Assembly: GCA_016840545.1 (NCBI GenBank)
Contig: JAEOSD010000001.1
Span: forward strand, 1-54,789
Length of the DNA stretch: 54,789 nt
From: Promethearchaeota archaeon
GTDB taxonomy: Archaea; Asgardarchaeota; Lokiarchaeia; Sigyniarchaeales; SOKP01
Direction: 5' to 3'
Of the stretch, positions 38,541 through 47,084 are shown one piece after another. Every line of letters starts with the position of its first letter. Within the stretch, counting starts at the first letter, position 1. Both the position numbers and the translations under genes were made by a program. The notes below the pieces were generated by a model. The model did not search any database, had not been told where the DNA came from, and saw nothing but the letters and a program-made list of their open reading frames with translations.

Positions 38541-38626
38541 CTTTTACATTATTTTAATTTACTTTTGTATTTTTCTAATTCAGATTTAGTTATAAAGTTA
38601 ATAAAATTATAAAAATATTTAATCTT

Positions 38627-39439
38627 TCAAATATGACTCTTTTTTTTAATTGTTTTTTTCTTTTTCAGTTCTTTCAATATATATTCTGGATACTGGGCTT
38701 TAAACCATGGCCAACAAGAAAACCAATGGCTTAAAATCTTTATTATAAATGACGGTTTGTTTTTCTTTAAATTTCTTTCCTTAAAATAAACCATTCGATA
38801 TTTTTCAGCATATTTCCATTCCCTTAGTTTTAATCCATTTAACCTTGTTGAAAATTTATAAATTCTCATTAATCTATTAATTAACCAATATTGAGTCTTA
38901 TGACAAGAAAGTAAAGTTCTAATTAATACAAAATCTTTTCTTCTAAATCCAAAGAAGTAATTCGGATTTAAAGATCCATAGAAATATAATTTAGGGGTAA
39001 AATCAATTAGTTTCTTATAAATTATATAAAAAATTGCTTTACTGGGATTGATATGATCCATATGATAATACCATGTATAGATTGCTTCAGGGGCAAAAAT
39101 AATATCTGGTCTTTCTTCCTTTAAATAATCCACAATTTTCATTATAATTTCCCTGTTAAATTCTACAAATCCATCTATGTAACCAAAAAAGTGAATATCT
39201 TTGGGATTAATTCCATGGGTAGATAAAGCAGCATATAGTTCTTTTGTTCTTATTTTTGCTAAAAAATCACCCTTAAACTTATCATATTTAAATCCTGGAA
39301 GTCCGAATTCTCCTTTAGTAATTGAAGCTATTTTAATGATATTTTTTTTTTGACTCTTAGTCGCAAGATAATGAATCAAATGCCCGCATTTTAATTCTAA
39401 ATCATCTGGGTGAGGTTGAAAGAATATTACTTTCACCAT
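38627..39439 (-). CDS. PIG-L/LmbE-family N-acetylglucosaminyl deacetylase
   Basis: 270 aa with zinc-site motifs FFQPHPDDLEL and HMDHIN. It carries a basic C-terminal extension of about 100 aa. Confidence 0.8.
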   Translation of the reverse strand: MVKVIFFQPHPDDLELKCGHLIHYLATKSQKKNIIKIASITKGEFGLPGFKYDKFKGDFLAKIRTKELYAALSTHGINPKDIHFFGYIDGFVEFNREIIMKIVDYLKEERPDIIFAPEAIYTWYYHMDHINPSKAIFYIIYKKLIDFTPKLYFYGSLNPNYFFGFRRKDFVLIRTLLSCHKTQYWLINRLMRIYKFSTRLNGLKLREWKYAEKYRMVYFKERNLKKNKPSFIIKILSHWFSCWPWFKAQYPEYILKELKKKKTIKKKSHI

Positions 39440-39497
39440 TATTATCCCATCTCTTTAAATCTTAGAATATTATATAATTTACTAGACAACCTGATAC

Positions 39498-40394
39498 TTA
39501 CTTTATACTTTCTATTTGAGTCTGTCTCTTTCCAAGTAAAAACGAACTTATGATAACTAGGCTAATACCTATAATTAGAAATAATAGAGAAAATCCACCA
39601 GGAATGGGAAGAAAATAAACAACAAGGAAATAAAAGGGTGGTGCGATTTGAATTGGGATTTGCTGAATTGGAATTAAATTACTTGCCTGACCTACTCTGA
39701 ATGATTTTTGAATTGTTATTATACCAAATATAGTAGTAAATGCCAAAACTATTAATGAAAATATAAAAATTAGAATTTCAGTTAAAAGTGCTGTACCTCC
39801 AAATACATGAGAAAGCACTCCCATTAGAGGGCTTATCCAAAAGTTTGATAATGCAAACATAAATCCAGAGAAGATTGCCAACGATATTCCTTTATTAATC
39901 CCTTTAATTTGTAATAAATGGAAAATTCCTGCTAAAATAAACAAAACTATCGTAAAAATCATTATTCTTAATATCAGCCCCCATTCTAAAAAATTCTGTG
40001 CTTCTACATCTATTGCCATATTACTCAATCCAATAAATGCGATTGCAATAACCATTAGAAGAATTCCTACAATTTCTGGAGATTCTAATTGCTCTCCTAT
40101 GATTTTGATGGATCCTATTGCCAATACTATTAATCCAGCACCCATAAGGCCTGGAATTAAAGTTGGGCCTATATAAAATTGAGCCATAAAATAAAGGAGA
40201 CCGCCAATAACGTTTTGTAATATTAATCCTATTAACCATAACGGCTTCTTAACAATTGTTCTCATAAATTTCGAATCATCTTTGAATTTATTAACAACTT
40301 TCTTTTGTAAGACGGTTCCATAATTATTTGAAATACCAGATAATATTGCCATCAACATTCCTAACCAATAAAATTCTAAACTCATAAGAACCAA
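39498..40394 (-). CDS. DMT-superfamily membrane transporter, NIPA-like (putative Mg2+ transporter family)
   Basis: About 9 TM helices. The N-terminal GISNNYGTVLQKK resembles the NIPA/DUF803 GxxFxLQKKG motif. TTG is at 40394, with an alternative ATG at 40385. Confidence 0.55.
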   Translation of the reverse strand: MVLMSLEFYWLGMLMAILSGISNNYGTVLQKKVVNKFKDDSKFMRTIVKKPLWLIGLILQNVIGGLLYFMAQFYIGPTLIPGLMGAGLIVLAIGSIKIIGEQLESPEIVGILLMVIAIAFIGLSNMAIDVEAQNFLEWGLILRIMIFTIVLFILAGIFHLLQIKGINKGISLAIFSGFMFALSNFWISPLMGVLSHVFGGTALLTEILIFIFSLIVLAFTTIFGIITIQKSFRVGQASNLIPIQQIPIQIAPPFYFLVVYFLPIPGGFSLLFLIIGISLVIISSFLLGKRQTQIESIK

Positions 40395-40606
40395 TTTTTA
40401 TATTATAATTCATATGTACTATCTTTTGCTCTTTAATAATATAAAGATTAATAATAATCCTTTTTTAAGAACTCTTAAACCGATTGTGACTTGTTTATTA
40501 GGTGAATTTCACATTTTTTTATGTTTCAATGTTATTAGTATTCGATTATAACCATGTTTATCATAATTTTAAAGCTAGTAAAAAAATAATATTTATCTTG
40601 TGAGTT

Positions 40607-41011
40607 TTAATCTCCTTGAATTTGTACAAGCACTTTTCTATTTCTTGGACCATCATATTCAGCAAACATTAATCCTTGCCAAGTTCCTAAAACTAACCTT
40701 CCATTATGTATTATTACGTCCAGAGAAGGTCCTGTTAAACTCGATTTTATGTGAGCATCTGAATTTCCTTCCATATGGGAGAATCTTGCACTTTGTGGAA
40801 TCAAACTCCCTAAATAATTTATAATATCTTTCATTACTGCAGGATCTGCATTTTCATTAATGGTAATTCCTGCCGTCGTATGAGGTATAAAGATTCGACA
40901 AACGCCTTCCTTTGCACCAGAATCACGTACTATTTTGCTCACTTCACTTGTTATGTTTATCAATACTTCCCTTTTTGGAGTTTTTAGGCTTATTTCTTCA
41001 AATAATATCAT
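40607..41011 (-). CDS. YjbQ/UPF0047 family protein (secondary thiamine-phosphate synthase)
   Basis: 134 aa with the conserved core IPHTTAGITINENADP and ...HIKSSL. Confidence 0.85.
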   Translation of the reverse strand: MILFEEISLKTPKREVLINITSEVSKIVRDSGAKEGVCRIFIPHTTAGITINENADPAVMKDIINYLGSLIPQSARFSHMEGNSDAHIKSSLTGPSLDVIIHNGRLVLGTWQGLMFAEYDGPRNRKVLVQIQGD

Positions 41012-41332
41012 ATGTTTCTATAGGATTAGATCCTATTTTAACTTTAAATTATAGATCAATTCCCTTGAAATTATGCTAATATATTCGAAAGATAGGTAAA
41101 GATTAATAAAATTGAATCATTTATATACTTATAAACGAAATCAAATGAAAAGACTCTTGGTGTTTAAATATTTCAGAAAAAAATAGGAAAGTAAAGTTTT
41201 TTATTTTTTGTTTTCTACTATTTCCAACATTCATGCTTATGAACTATAATTCCCTCGGATTTCGTCTTATTAACTCAAGCCAAGAAATCGGTCAATGGAA
41301 AACCGATAGGTTTATTCTGGGGAATAGATAAT

Positions 41333-42025
41333 ATGGCTTTTACCCAAGTTAATGCCTCTCAGTATGGACAATTAATTTTTGTAAGCTGTAATAACCTTAC
41401 GCTTTCAAATATTCATATTACTGATCCTTCTAGTATTGGAATTCAATTATATTCTCTTAGCATTGAACAACAAACGATTTATTTAAGTAATGTCGTAGTT
41501 GAAAATCAAAAACTAGGTATGTATATTACTGGGCGTAATATAATTGGAGATAATCTAAATATTAAAAACAGTAGTGCTGGATTCTATTTTGAACATATTT
41601 ACCATAGTAAATTTACAAAAATTATGATAGATAATACTTATATACCTCTTTATATAACAACACCGATTAACGATGTTACTTTTCAAATTGAACGATTTAC
41701 TAAATTTTATTTAGTTGATGATATGGCTTTATATGGGGATAAGCTACATGTTGAGTCGTTAGATACATCATATAATGTATCAATGTCTTATATTCCAGAA
41801 TTAGGAATGCGAGGTTATGCTACTCAATTTAATGATAATAATATCTATCAACTTAGCCTTATTTGGTCATATGAAGTTCGAGCTAATTTTACAATCATCT
41901 CAGGCTCACCTTATACAAATCCGGATAGAGAAATCCCAGGATATCATCTATTTTGGCTCTGGAGTATAATACTAATAAGCTTTTTAGTACTGATTGAATT
42001 TAGGCGGAAGTTGTATCAAAAATAA
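41333..42025 (+). CDS. parallel beta-helix repeat protein with C-terminal TM anchor (possibly 5'-disrupted)
   Basis: 230 aa with repeats of the NosD/pectate-lyase type: CNNLTLSNIHITD, IGIQLYS, LSNVVVEN, GMYITG, LNIKNS, GFYFE. The C-terminus is PGYHLFWLWSIILISFLVLIEFRRK. A signal-peptide-like ORF lies upstream in another frame (see findings). Confidence 0.5.
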   Translation: MAFTQVNASQYGQLIFVSCNNLTLSNIHITDPSSIGIQLYSLSIEQQTIYLSNVVVENQKLGMYITGRNIIGDNLNIKNSSAGFYFEHIYHSKFTKIMIDNTYIPLYITTPINDVTFQIERFTKFYLVDDMALYGDKLHVESLDTSYNVSMSYIPELGMRGYATQFNDNNIYQLSLIWSYEVRANFTIISGSPYTNPDREIPGYHLFWLWSIILISFLVLIEFRRKLYQK

Positions 42026-42279
42026 GATTTAAACATTTTTTTTAACTTTAATTAAATTTTTCAAATTAATAAGAAAATTCTTAAATCTTTCATTTTAATT
42101 TTAAATAATAGATAAATGTTTATATCTTCATAGAATAGTCAAAGTTTTATAAACTTCAATCATATATATCTTATATGATTTTATTTTCATTATATAAGTT
42201 ATAATCAAAATCGAATCAAAATATGTCACCTTACTCTTTCAAACATTCACATCACTGAATATAAACTACAAATAAAACT

Positions 42280-42894
42280 ATGAATCCTGCTGAGTTATAT
42301 AAGGAATACATGCAAAAAGTAGGGGATAGAAGTGAGTTATTTGAACTTCTGGGAAAAAATTTTGATATTGAAAGTGCCTTATATCCAGGGAGCTATATTG
42401 ACATTACACCCTCTTTTTTTTTTCACAAAACTGTGTACATCGATAATTTTAAGAAAACAGAGAAATTCTTTGCTCAACGCAATTTAATGAACCTAATACT
42501 TAGAGATAAAAAATATGATGGAGAACCGATCTTAAAGTTTTATTTCAGAGATTATACGAAAAATTTTGAAGAATTGGACAAAGATTTTGATTTGCTAATT
42601 TCTCTCTATGCTGGTTTTGTATCGAAATATTGTAAAAAATATTTAAAAAAAGAAGGGTTGTTGTTGGTCAACAATTCCCATGGTGATGCAAGTATGGCAG
42701 ATCTAGATAAAGAGTTCAGTTTATATGCGGTAATATATCGGTCTAATAGGAAATTATATCTTAGTCAGAAAAATTTAGAAAAATATTTTGTACCAAAGAA
42801 GGAAATGGAAATTAGTATAGAATATTTAGAAAAGAAGATGAAAGGTATTGGCTATAAGAAAACGGCCAGTTTCTATTTGTTTAAAAAGGTTTGA
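42280..42894 (+). CDS. hypothetical protein (possibly Rossmann/methyltransferase-like fold)
   Basis: 204-aa ORF. ALYPGSYIDITPS and DLLISLYAG weakly resemble motif I and post-I of class I SAM-dependent methyltransferases. No firm assignment is possible. Confidence 0.35.
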   Translation: MNPAELYKEYMQKVGDRSELFELLGKNFDIESALYPGSYIDITPSFFFHKTVYIDNFKKTEKFFAQRNLMNLILRDKKYDGEPILKFYFRDYTKNFEELDKDFDLLISLYAGFVSKYCKKYLKKEGLLLVNNSHGDASMADLDKEFSLYAVIYRSNRKLYLSQKNLEKYFVPKKEMEISIEYLEKKMKGIGYKKTASFYLFKKV

Positions 42895-42905
42895 TAATTT
42901 TATTG

Positions 42906-43667
42906 TTAAAATTTGCCATGTTTGCCCTTCCCTTGAGTGAAATCCCTACTCCCTTGAACAAACTCACCACTTTCTAATGTTTTTAGGCCGAATTCAAATT
43001 CTTTTTTCATTGCTTCTTTTAAATTCATACCAAATTGTTCATAAGTGGATAACCTATCATTTTGCATACAAATTTGGGGAAATGATGCAATCTTGCTAGC
43101 TAATTTTTCAGCTTCTTCTCTCGCAGTTCCATCTTTTACAAATCTATTTGCTAAACCCCAATCTAATGCTTCCTGAGCCGTTACTGGACGACCAGTTAAA
43201 ATCATATCTAAAGCTCGACTTAAACCAATTAATCTTGGGAGTCTTACCGTTCCTCCATCAATTAAAGGAACGCCAAATCTTCGACAAAAAACACCAAAAA
43301 TAGCACTTTCTTCGACCACCCGTAAATCGCACCATAAGGCAAGTTCCAGACCACCGGCAACGGCATAACCTGCTACAGCAGCAATTATGGGTTTAGAAAG
43401 CATCATCCTTGTGGGTCCCATTGGACCATCTCCCCCTTTTCTTATTCTATTGGGTCTTCCTTCAGTAATTGCTTTAAGGTTTGCGCCCGCACAAAAAACT
43501 CCATTTGCACCCCACAGAACAGCAATAAGCGCTTTATTATCTTGTTCGAATTTTCTAAATGCATTAGCAAGCTCTAATGCTGTAGGACCATCTACAGCAT
43601 TTTTCACATCAGGATTATTAATAATTATAGTGTAAACAGGATAATTAACTTCTATTTGTATTGGCAT
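42906..43667 (-). CDS. enoyl-CoA hydratase/isomerase (crotonase family)
   Basis: 253 aa with FCAGANL and GYAVAGGLELALWCD. It is visibly richer in G/C codons than its neighbours. Confidence 0.85.
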   Translation of the reverse strand: MPIQIEVNYPVYTIIINNPDVKNAVDGPTALELANAFRKFEQDNKALIAVLWGANGVFCAGANLKAITEGRPNRIRKGGDGPMGPTRMMLSKPIIAAVAGYAVAGGLELALWCDLRVVEESAIFGVFCRRFGVPLIDGGTVRLPRLIGLSRALDMILTGRPVTAQEALDWGLANRFVKDGTAREEAEKLASKIASFPQICMQNDRLSTYEQFGMNLKEAMKKEFEFGLKTLESGEFVQGSRDFTQGKGKHGKF

Positions 43668-43764
43668 AAAAAAAGTAGATTTACAAAAAAAATAAAAGTA
43701 TGTTTAAAATAAAAGAAAGAAATAGATTTTTTTAGAATTCCTAAATTAAAAAAATAGGTAAAAA

Positions 43765-44853
43765 TTATTTTTGGTTTGCTAAATATTCATTCATTTCAAC
43801 AAAACTACTTGTTCTTATTAAAGCTGCTTTGAGAAATTGGAATCCAATATCATATGTGGAACCATCTCCTCCAATATGAATGATCCAAGGTATTTCTCTA
43901 TCATATAAACCCTTTGCTTTCATTATTTTTTTGGCTGTAATTATTCCATCAGCGACAGTGGCACCTGATTCGAATAAATGATGAACCCAAGGCACATTCC
44001 AAGATGTCACATTGTCTTTTGAAGTTGAGACTTCAGAGCAACTTGTATTATTGATATAAATAATATTGTATCCCGAAACAGCTTGAGCTGCGGTGGCGAG
44101 TTGATTAAGGACCATACCTGCACCACAACCCGGGCAAAGTCCATGACCTGGCTGAAGATGTTTTTGAGGTTCTAGGCTTTTACGATTCACTCGATAGAAA
44201 TCTATTGGTTTTTCTGCCCCAAATTGTTCAATAAGCCCTTTAATTTTTTTATTCCTTTGTTCCGTTAAATAGATAATTTCATCAATTTCTTTTTCCATAA
44301 ACTTAGGTTTGAATAGATGTCTAAACCTTCCCATAGATTTCAAATATTCAATAAATTTTTCTTTATCAATATCCAATCCTCGATAATAGGTAAATATAGG
44401 AATACCATCCTCTACTCTTATGGTGTATAAAGGCCAATAACCACAGTCCGTAGCTAATTTTGATATTTCCAGAGCTGCTGAAGCTTCATGCCTCCAACCT
44501 CTCATACAATCTGAATATGCTTGAATAAAAGCAGAACCATTTGACTTTAAAGCATCTGCAACTTTTCCCATGAAATCTGCTGGATAAGCAGGATTAACTG
44601 TTGCTAGGAAAAGTTTTTTTGTTCCATAAAAAGCAAATGGAGTAACTAGATCTTGTTTCACTCCAATTTTTCCAGGTATTTTTTCTCCCGCAGGTCCAGT
44701 GGTGGTAGAAGCATATGGTGGAGTTCCTCCGCTTTCTTGAATTCCAGTGTTCATAAAAGCTTCATTATCATAATTGAAAAATAACACATTAGATTTTTCT
44801 TCTCTACTTAGTATATCTTCAAAATTAATCACGTTTCTTTCTGGTTTTGACAT
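43765..44853 (-). CDS. porB: 2-oxoacid:ferredoxin oxidoreductase beta (ThDP-binding) subunit, circularly permuted
   Basis: 362 aa. Motif order here:
- YDNEAFMNTGIQ (aa 28-39)
- SDCMRGW (114-120)
- GYWPL (138-142)
- GRFRHL (175-180)
- GHGLCPGCG (236-244)
- TSCSE (270-274)
- IGGDGSTYDIG (328-338), then stop.
The canonical order begins with CxxC...GDG. The start is 4 nt after the porA stop. Confidence 0.85.
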   Translation of the reverse strand: MSKPERNVINFEDILSREEKSNVLFFNYDNEAFMNTGIQESGGTPPYASTTTGPAGEKIPGKIGVKQDLVTPFAFYGTKKLFLATVNPAYPADFMGKVADALKSNGSAFIQAYSDCMRGWRHEASAALEISKLATDCGYWPLYTIRVEDGIPIFTYYRGLDIDKEKFIEYLKSMGRFRHLFKPKFMEKEIDEIIYLTEQRNKKIKGLIEQFGAEKPIDFYRVNRKSLEPQKHLQPGHGLCPGCGAGMVLNQLATAAQAVSGYNIIYINNTSCSEVSTSKDNVTSWNVPWVHHLFESGATVADGIITAKKIMKAKGLYDREIPWIIHIGGDGSTYDIGFQFLKAALIRTSSFVEMNEYLANQK

Positions 44854-44856
44854 CTC

Positions 44857-46083
44857 TTAATCCACTCCATAAATTTTTTGTTTAGTTTCTCTAACACCTA
44901 AATATTGATAAAGCTCTCCTTTCATATCTGTGACTGAAACAATTTTCTTTTTAGCAATATCAAATTCATCTCTAGTCACATCTCTTCCACCTAAACCCAC
45001 AATAAAACTTCTAAAAAGAGTTCCGAGAGGGTATAAAGCTGATGCAATAGACATTGAAAATGGTGGAAGCATAGCATTTAATGAATCTGACTTCTCTAGT
45101 ATGATCAATTTTTCAATATTATGCTCTTCAATAATTTTTCTTAACTCTTCGTAAGGAAATGGTCGATACGCCCGAACTTTAATAAGCCCAATATCTTTGT
45201 TTTTTGTCATCCAACTAATAATATTTCCACACATTGAACCCATTGTACAAAAGGCTATTTTTGAAGAATTATCTAGGTTATATGTTTCGATCAAGTTATA
45301 ATCTCTTCCTGTTTCCTTCCTAAATGTTTTAAAAACTTCCCTCATTTGACTTAAAACTGGTTTTTTAGCTTCATCTAAATTCTTTCTCCCTTCCATAAAA
45401 TAAGAAGGTGTAACGATTCCGCCCCATGTGCCTGGATTTGATGGATCAATTGTATCTCTTGGCTTTTTTGGAGTCATTTTTAAAACAGTTTCATCTGGAA
45501 TAAGAGTTAATTTTTGAACTGAATGTGAAATAATAAAACCATCATGGACGAACATCGTTGGGAATAAAGAATCTTCAGAAATCATCACTGAGAGAATTGC
45601 AGCATCATAAGTCTCTTGAACATTTTCAGATACGATACAATTCCATCCCATTTCTGAATTTGTTTCAGTAAACTCCCACGCATTCCAAATGCTTAAATTC
45701 GGGCTATTAAAGGCTCTTGCGCTAATCATCATAGTTAATGGCAAACGCCATCCTACTGCCATAGGTAATCCTTCAGTCATTAGTAAATATCCTTGACTCG
45801 CTGTTGCGGTAAATGATCTTGCACCTGCCGCACAAGAAGCCGTTGAAAAACTGATAGCAGCTAATTCAGATTCTACATTGACAAAAGCAGCCTTTAATCT
45901 TCCTTGGTGGACAACATCAGATAACCCCTCAACAGATTGAGTCTGTGGCGTTATAGGAAATGCACAAATTACATCAGGATCTGTCTGAGTTACCCCCCCT
46001 GCAACCGCATAATTTCCAATCATCGTAGTCGTTACTGGTTCTTTTATCTCTTTAAAAAATATTTTCATAGGTTCTATTGACAT
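44857..46083 (-). CDS. porA: 2-oxoacid:ferredoxin oxidoreductase alpha subunit
   Basis: 408 aa with AFPITPQT, FTATASQG and the C-terminal GLGGRDV. It is collinear with archaeal PorA/VorA. Confidence 0.9.
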   Translation of the reverse strand: MSIEPMKIFFKEIKEPVTTTMIGNYAVAGGVTQTDPDVICAFPITPQTQSVEGLSDVVHQGRLKAAFVNVESELAAISFSTASCAAGARSFTATASQGYLLMTEGLPMAVGWRLPLTMMISARAFNSPNLSIWNAWEFTETNSEMGWNCIVSENVQETYDAAILSVMISEDSLFPTMFVHDGFIISHSVQKLTLIPDETVLKMTPKKPRDTIDPSNPGTWGGIVTPSYFMEGRKNLDEAKKPVLSQMREVFKTFRKETGRDYNLIETYNLDNSSKIAFCTMGSMCGNIISWMTKNKDIGLIKVRAYRPFPYEELRKIIEEHNIEKLIILEKSDSLNAMLPPFSMSIASALYPLGTLFRSFIVGLGGRDVTRDEFDIAKKKIVSVTDMKGELYQYLGVRETKQKIYGVD

Positions 46084-46097
46084 TTTTTACTCCTCCT

Positions 46098-47084
46098 TTA
46101 ATTCTCTGGTGCGGCACATGATGCCGGACCTTGTTTTAATTTTTTACTAATAGCCTCTACTGGGCAAACTTCAAGACAATTCTGACAAGATTTACAATGA
46201 AATTGATCAATACCTTTCATATGCCAAAGTCCATCTTCTCCCTTCTCTCTAATAATAGCAAAATCAGGACAAATGTACCAACATTGGGCACAATCCGTAC
46301 ATTTTTCTTCATCCCAGATCATATCATATTCTCCCCAAGAACCAGTATTAACCAATCCACTTCCCATTTCTATAACATCTTCATCACAGTACCAAACTCC
46401 CGCTTTATCAACTTCCTTATATCCTGGCAATCCAGGGAATACTTGTTGCCAAGGCACTTTTGTATCAACGGTAAAATCGGGATCCTTACCAATATCATAA
46501 ACACATGTTTCTTCAATCGCTTGTTTTATGGCAGCAATATTTTTAGCAGCCACTTCTCCTTTAAAACGTCTCATTATAGCATCTCCTAAAGCTTCTATTG
46601 AAAATATAGGCATAACACGGATAATGCCACCTAAAATAATGGTATTGGTTATATTTCTACCCAACACATCTAAAGCTATTCTAGTTGCATCAATTGTACC
46701 AATATTAATATCTTTTCTACCAACAACATCTTGAATTTCTACTTGATTTAAAACTGTATTAACAATCAACCAACCTCCCTTGGCTAATCCGGCAGTTACA
46801 TCGATTTCTCCTAAAAGAGAAGGATCTAATACAGCTACAACATGAGGAGCATATACTTGTTCATTTGTTCTAACTAAATCGTCATTAGCACTCAGTCTTA
46901 CATAACTTTCCGTAGGTGAACCCATACGCTCAGCCCCAAACATAGGTTGACAAACACCATAGCCATAAAAGGCTTCTACACATAAATTTGAAGCTGTTAC
47001 TCCGCCTTGTCCACCTCTCGCATGAAATCGAAGATTTATAACATTCTCTTTTAAAACTTCTTTTAATTGTTCAGCAGTTAACAT
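46098..47084 (-). CDS. 2-oxoacid:ferredoxin oxidoreductase gamma subunit fused to delta (2x[4Fe-4S]) subunit
   Basis: 328 aa. The N-terminal FHARGGQGGVTA is the gamma signature. The C-terminal CTDCAQCWYICP and CKSCQNCLEVCP are the delta ferredoxin. Confidence 0.9.
   Translation of the reverse strand: MLTAEQLKEVLKENVINLRFHARGGQGGVTASNLCVEAFYGYGVCQPMFGAERMGSPTESYVRLSANDDLVRTNEQVYAPHVVAVLDPSLLGEIDVTAGLAKGGWLIVNTVLNQVEIQDVVGRKDINIGTIDATRIALDVLGRNITNTIILGGIIRVMPIFSIEALGDAIMRRFKGEVAAKNIAAIKQAIEETCVYDIGKDPDFTVDTKVPWQQVFPGLPGYKEVDKAGVWYCDEDVIEMGSGLVNTGSWGEYDMIWDEEKCTDCAQCWYICPDFAIIREKGEDGLWHMKGIDQFHCKSCQNCLEVCPVEAISKKLKQGPASCAAPEN

Noticed and set aside
43387-46734. Plus-strand ORFs 43387-43635, 44930-45154, 46197-46589, 46273-46500 and 46528-46734, antisense to the crotonase and POR genes
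   Set aside because: They lie antisense to conserved genes. Three of them overlap one another in different frames, which is what is expected when a relatively G/C-richer gene has few antisense stops.
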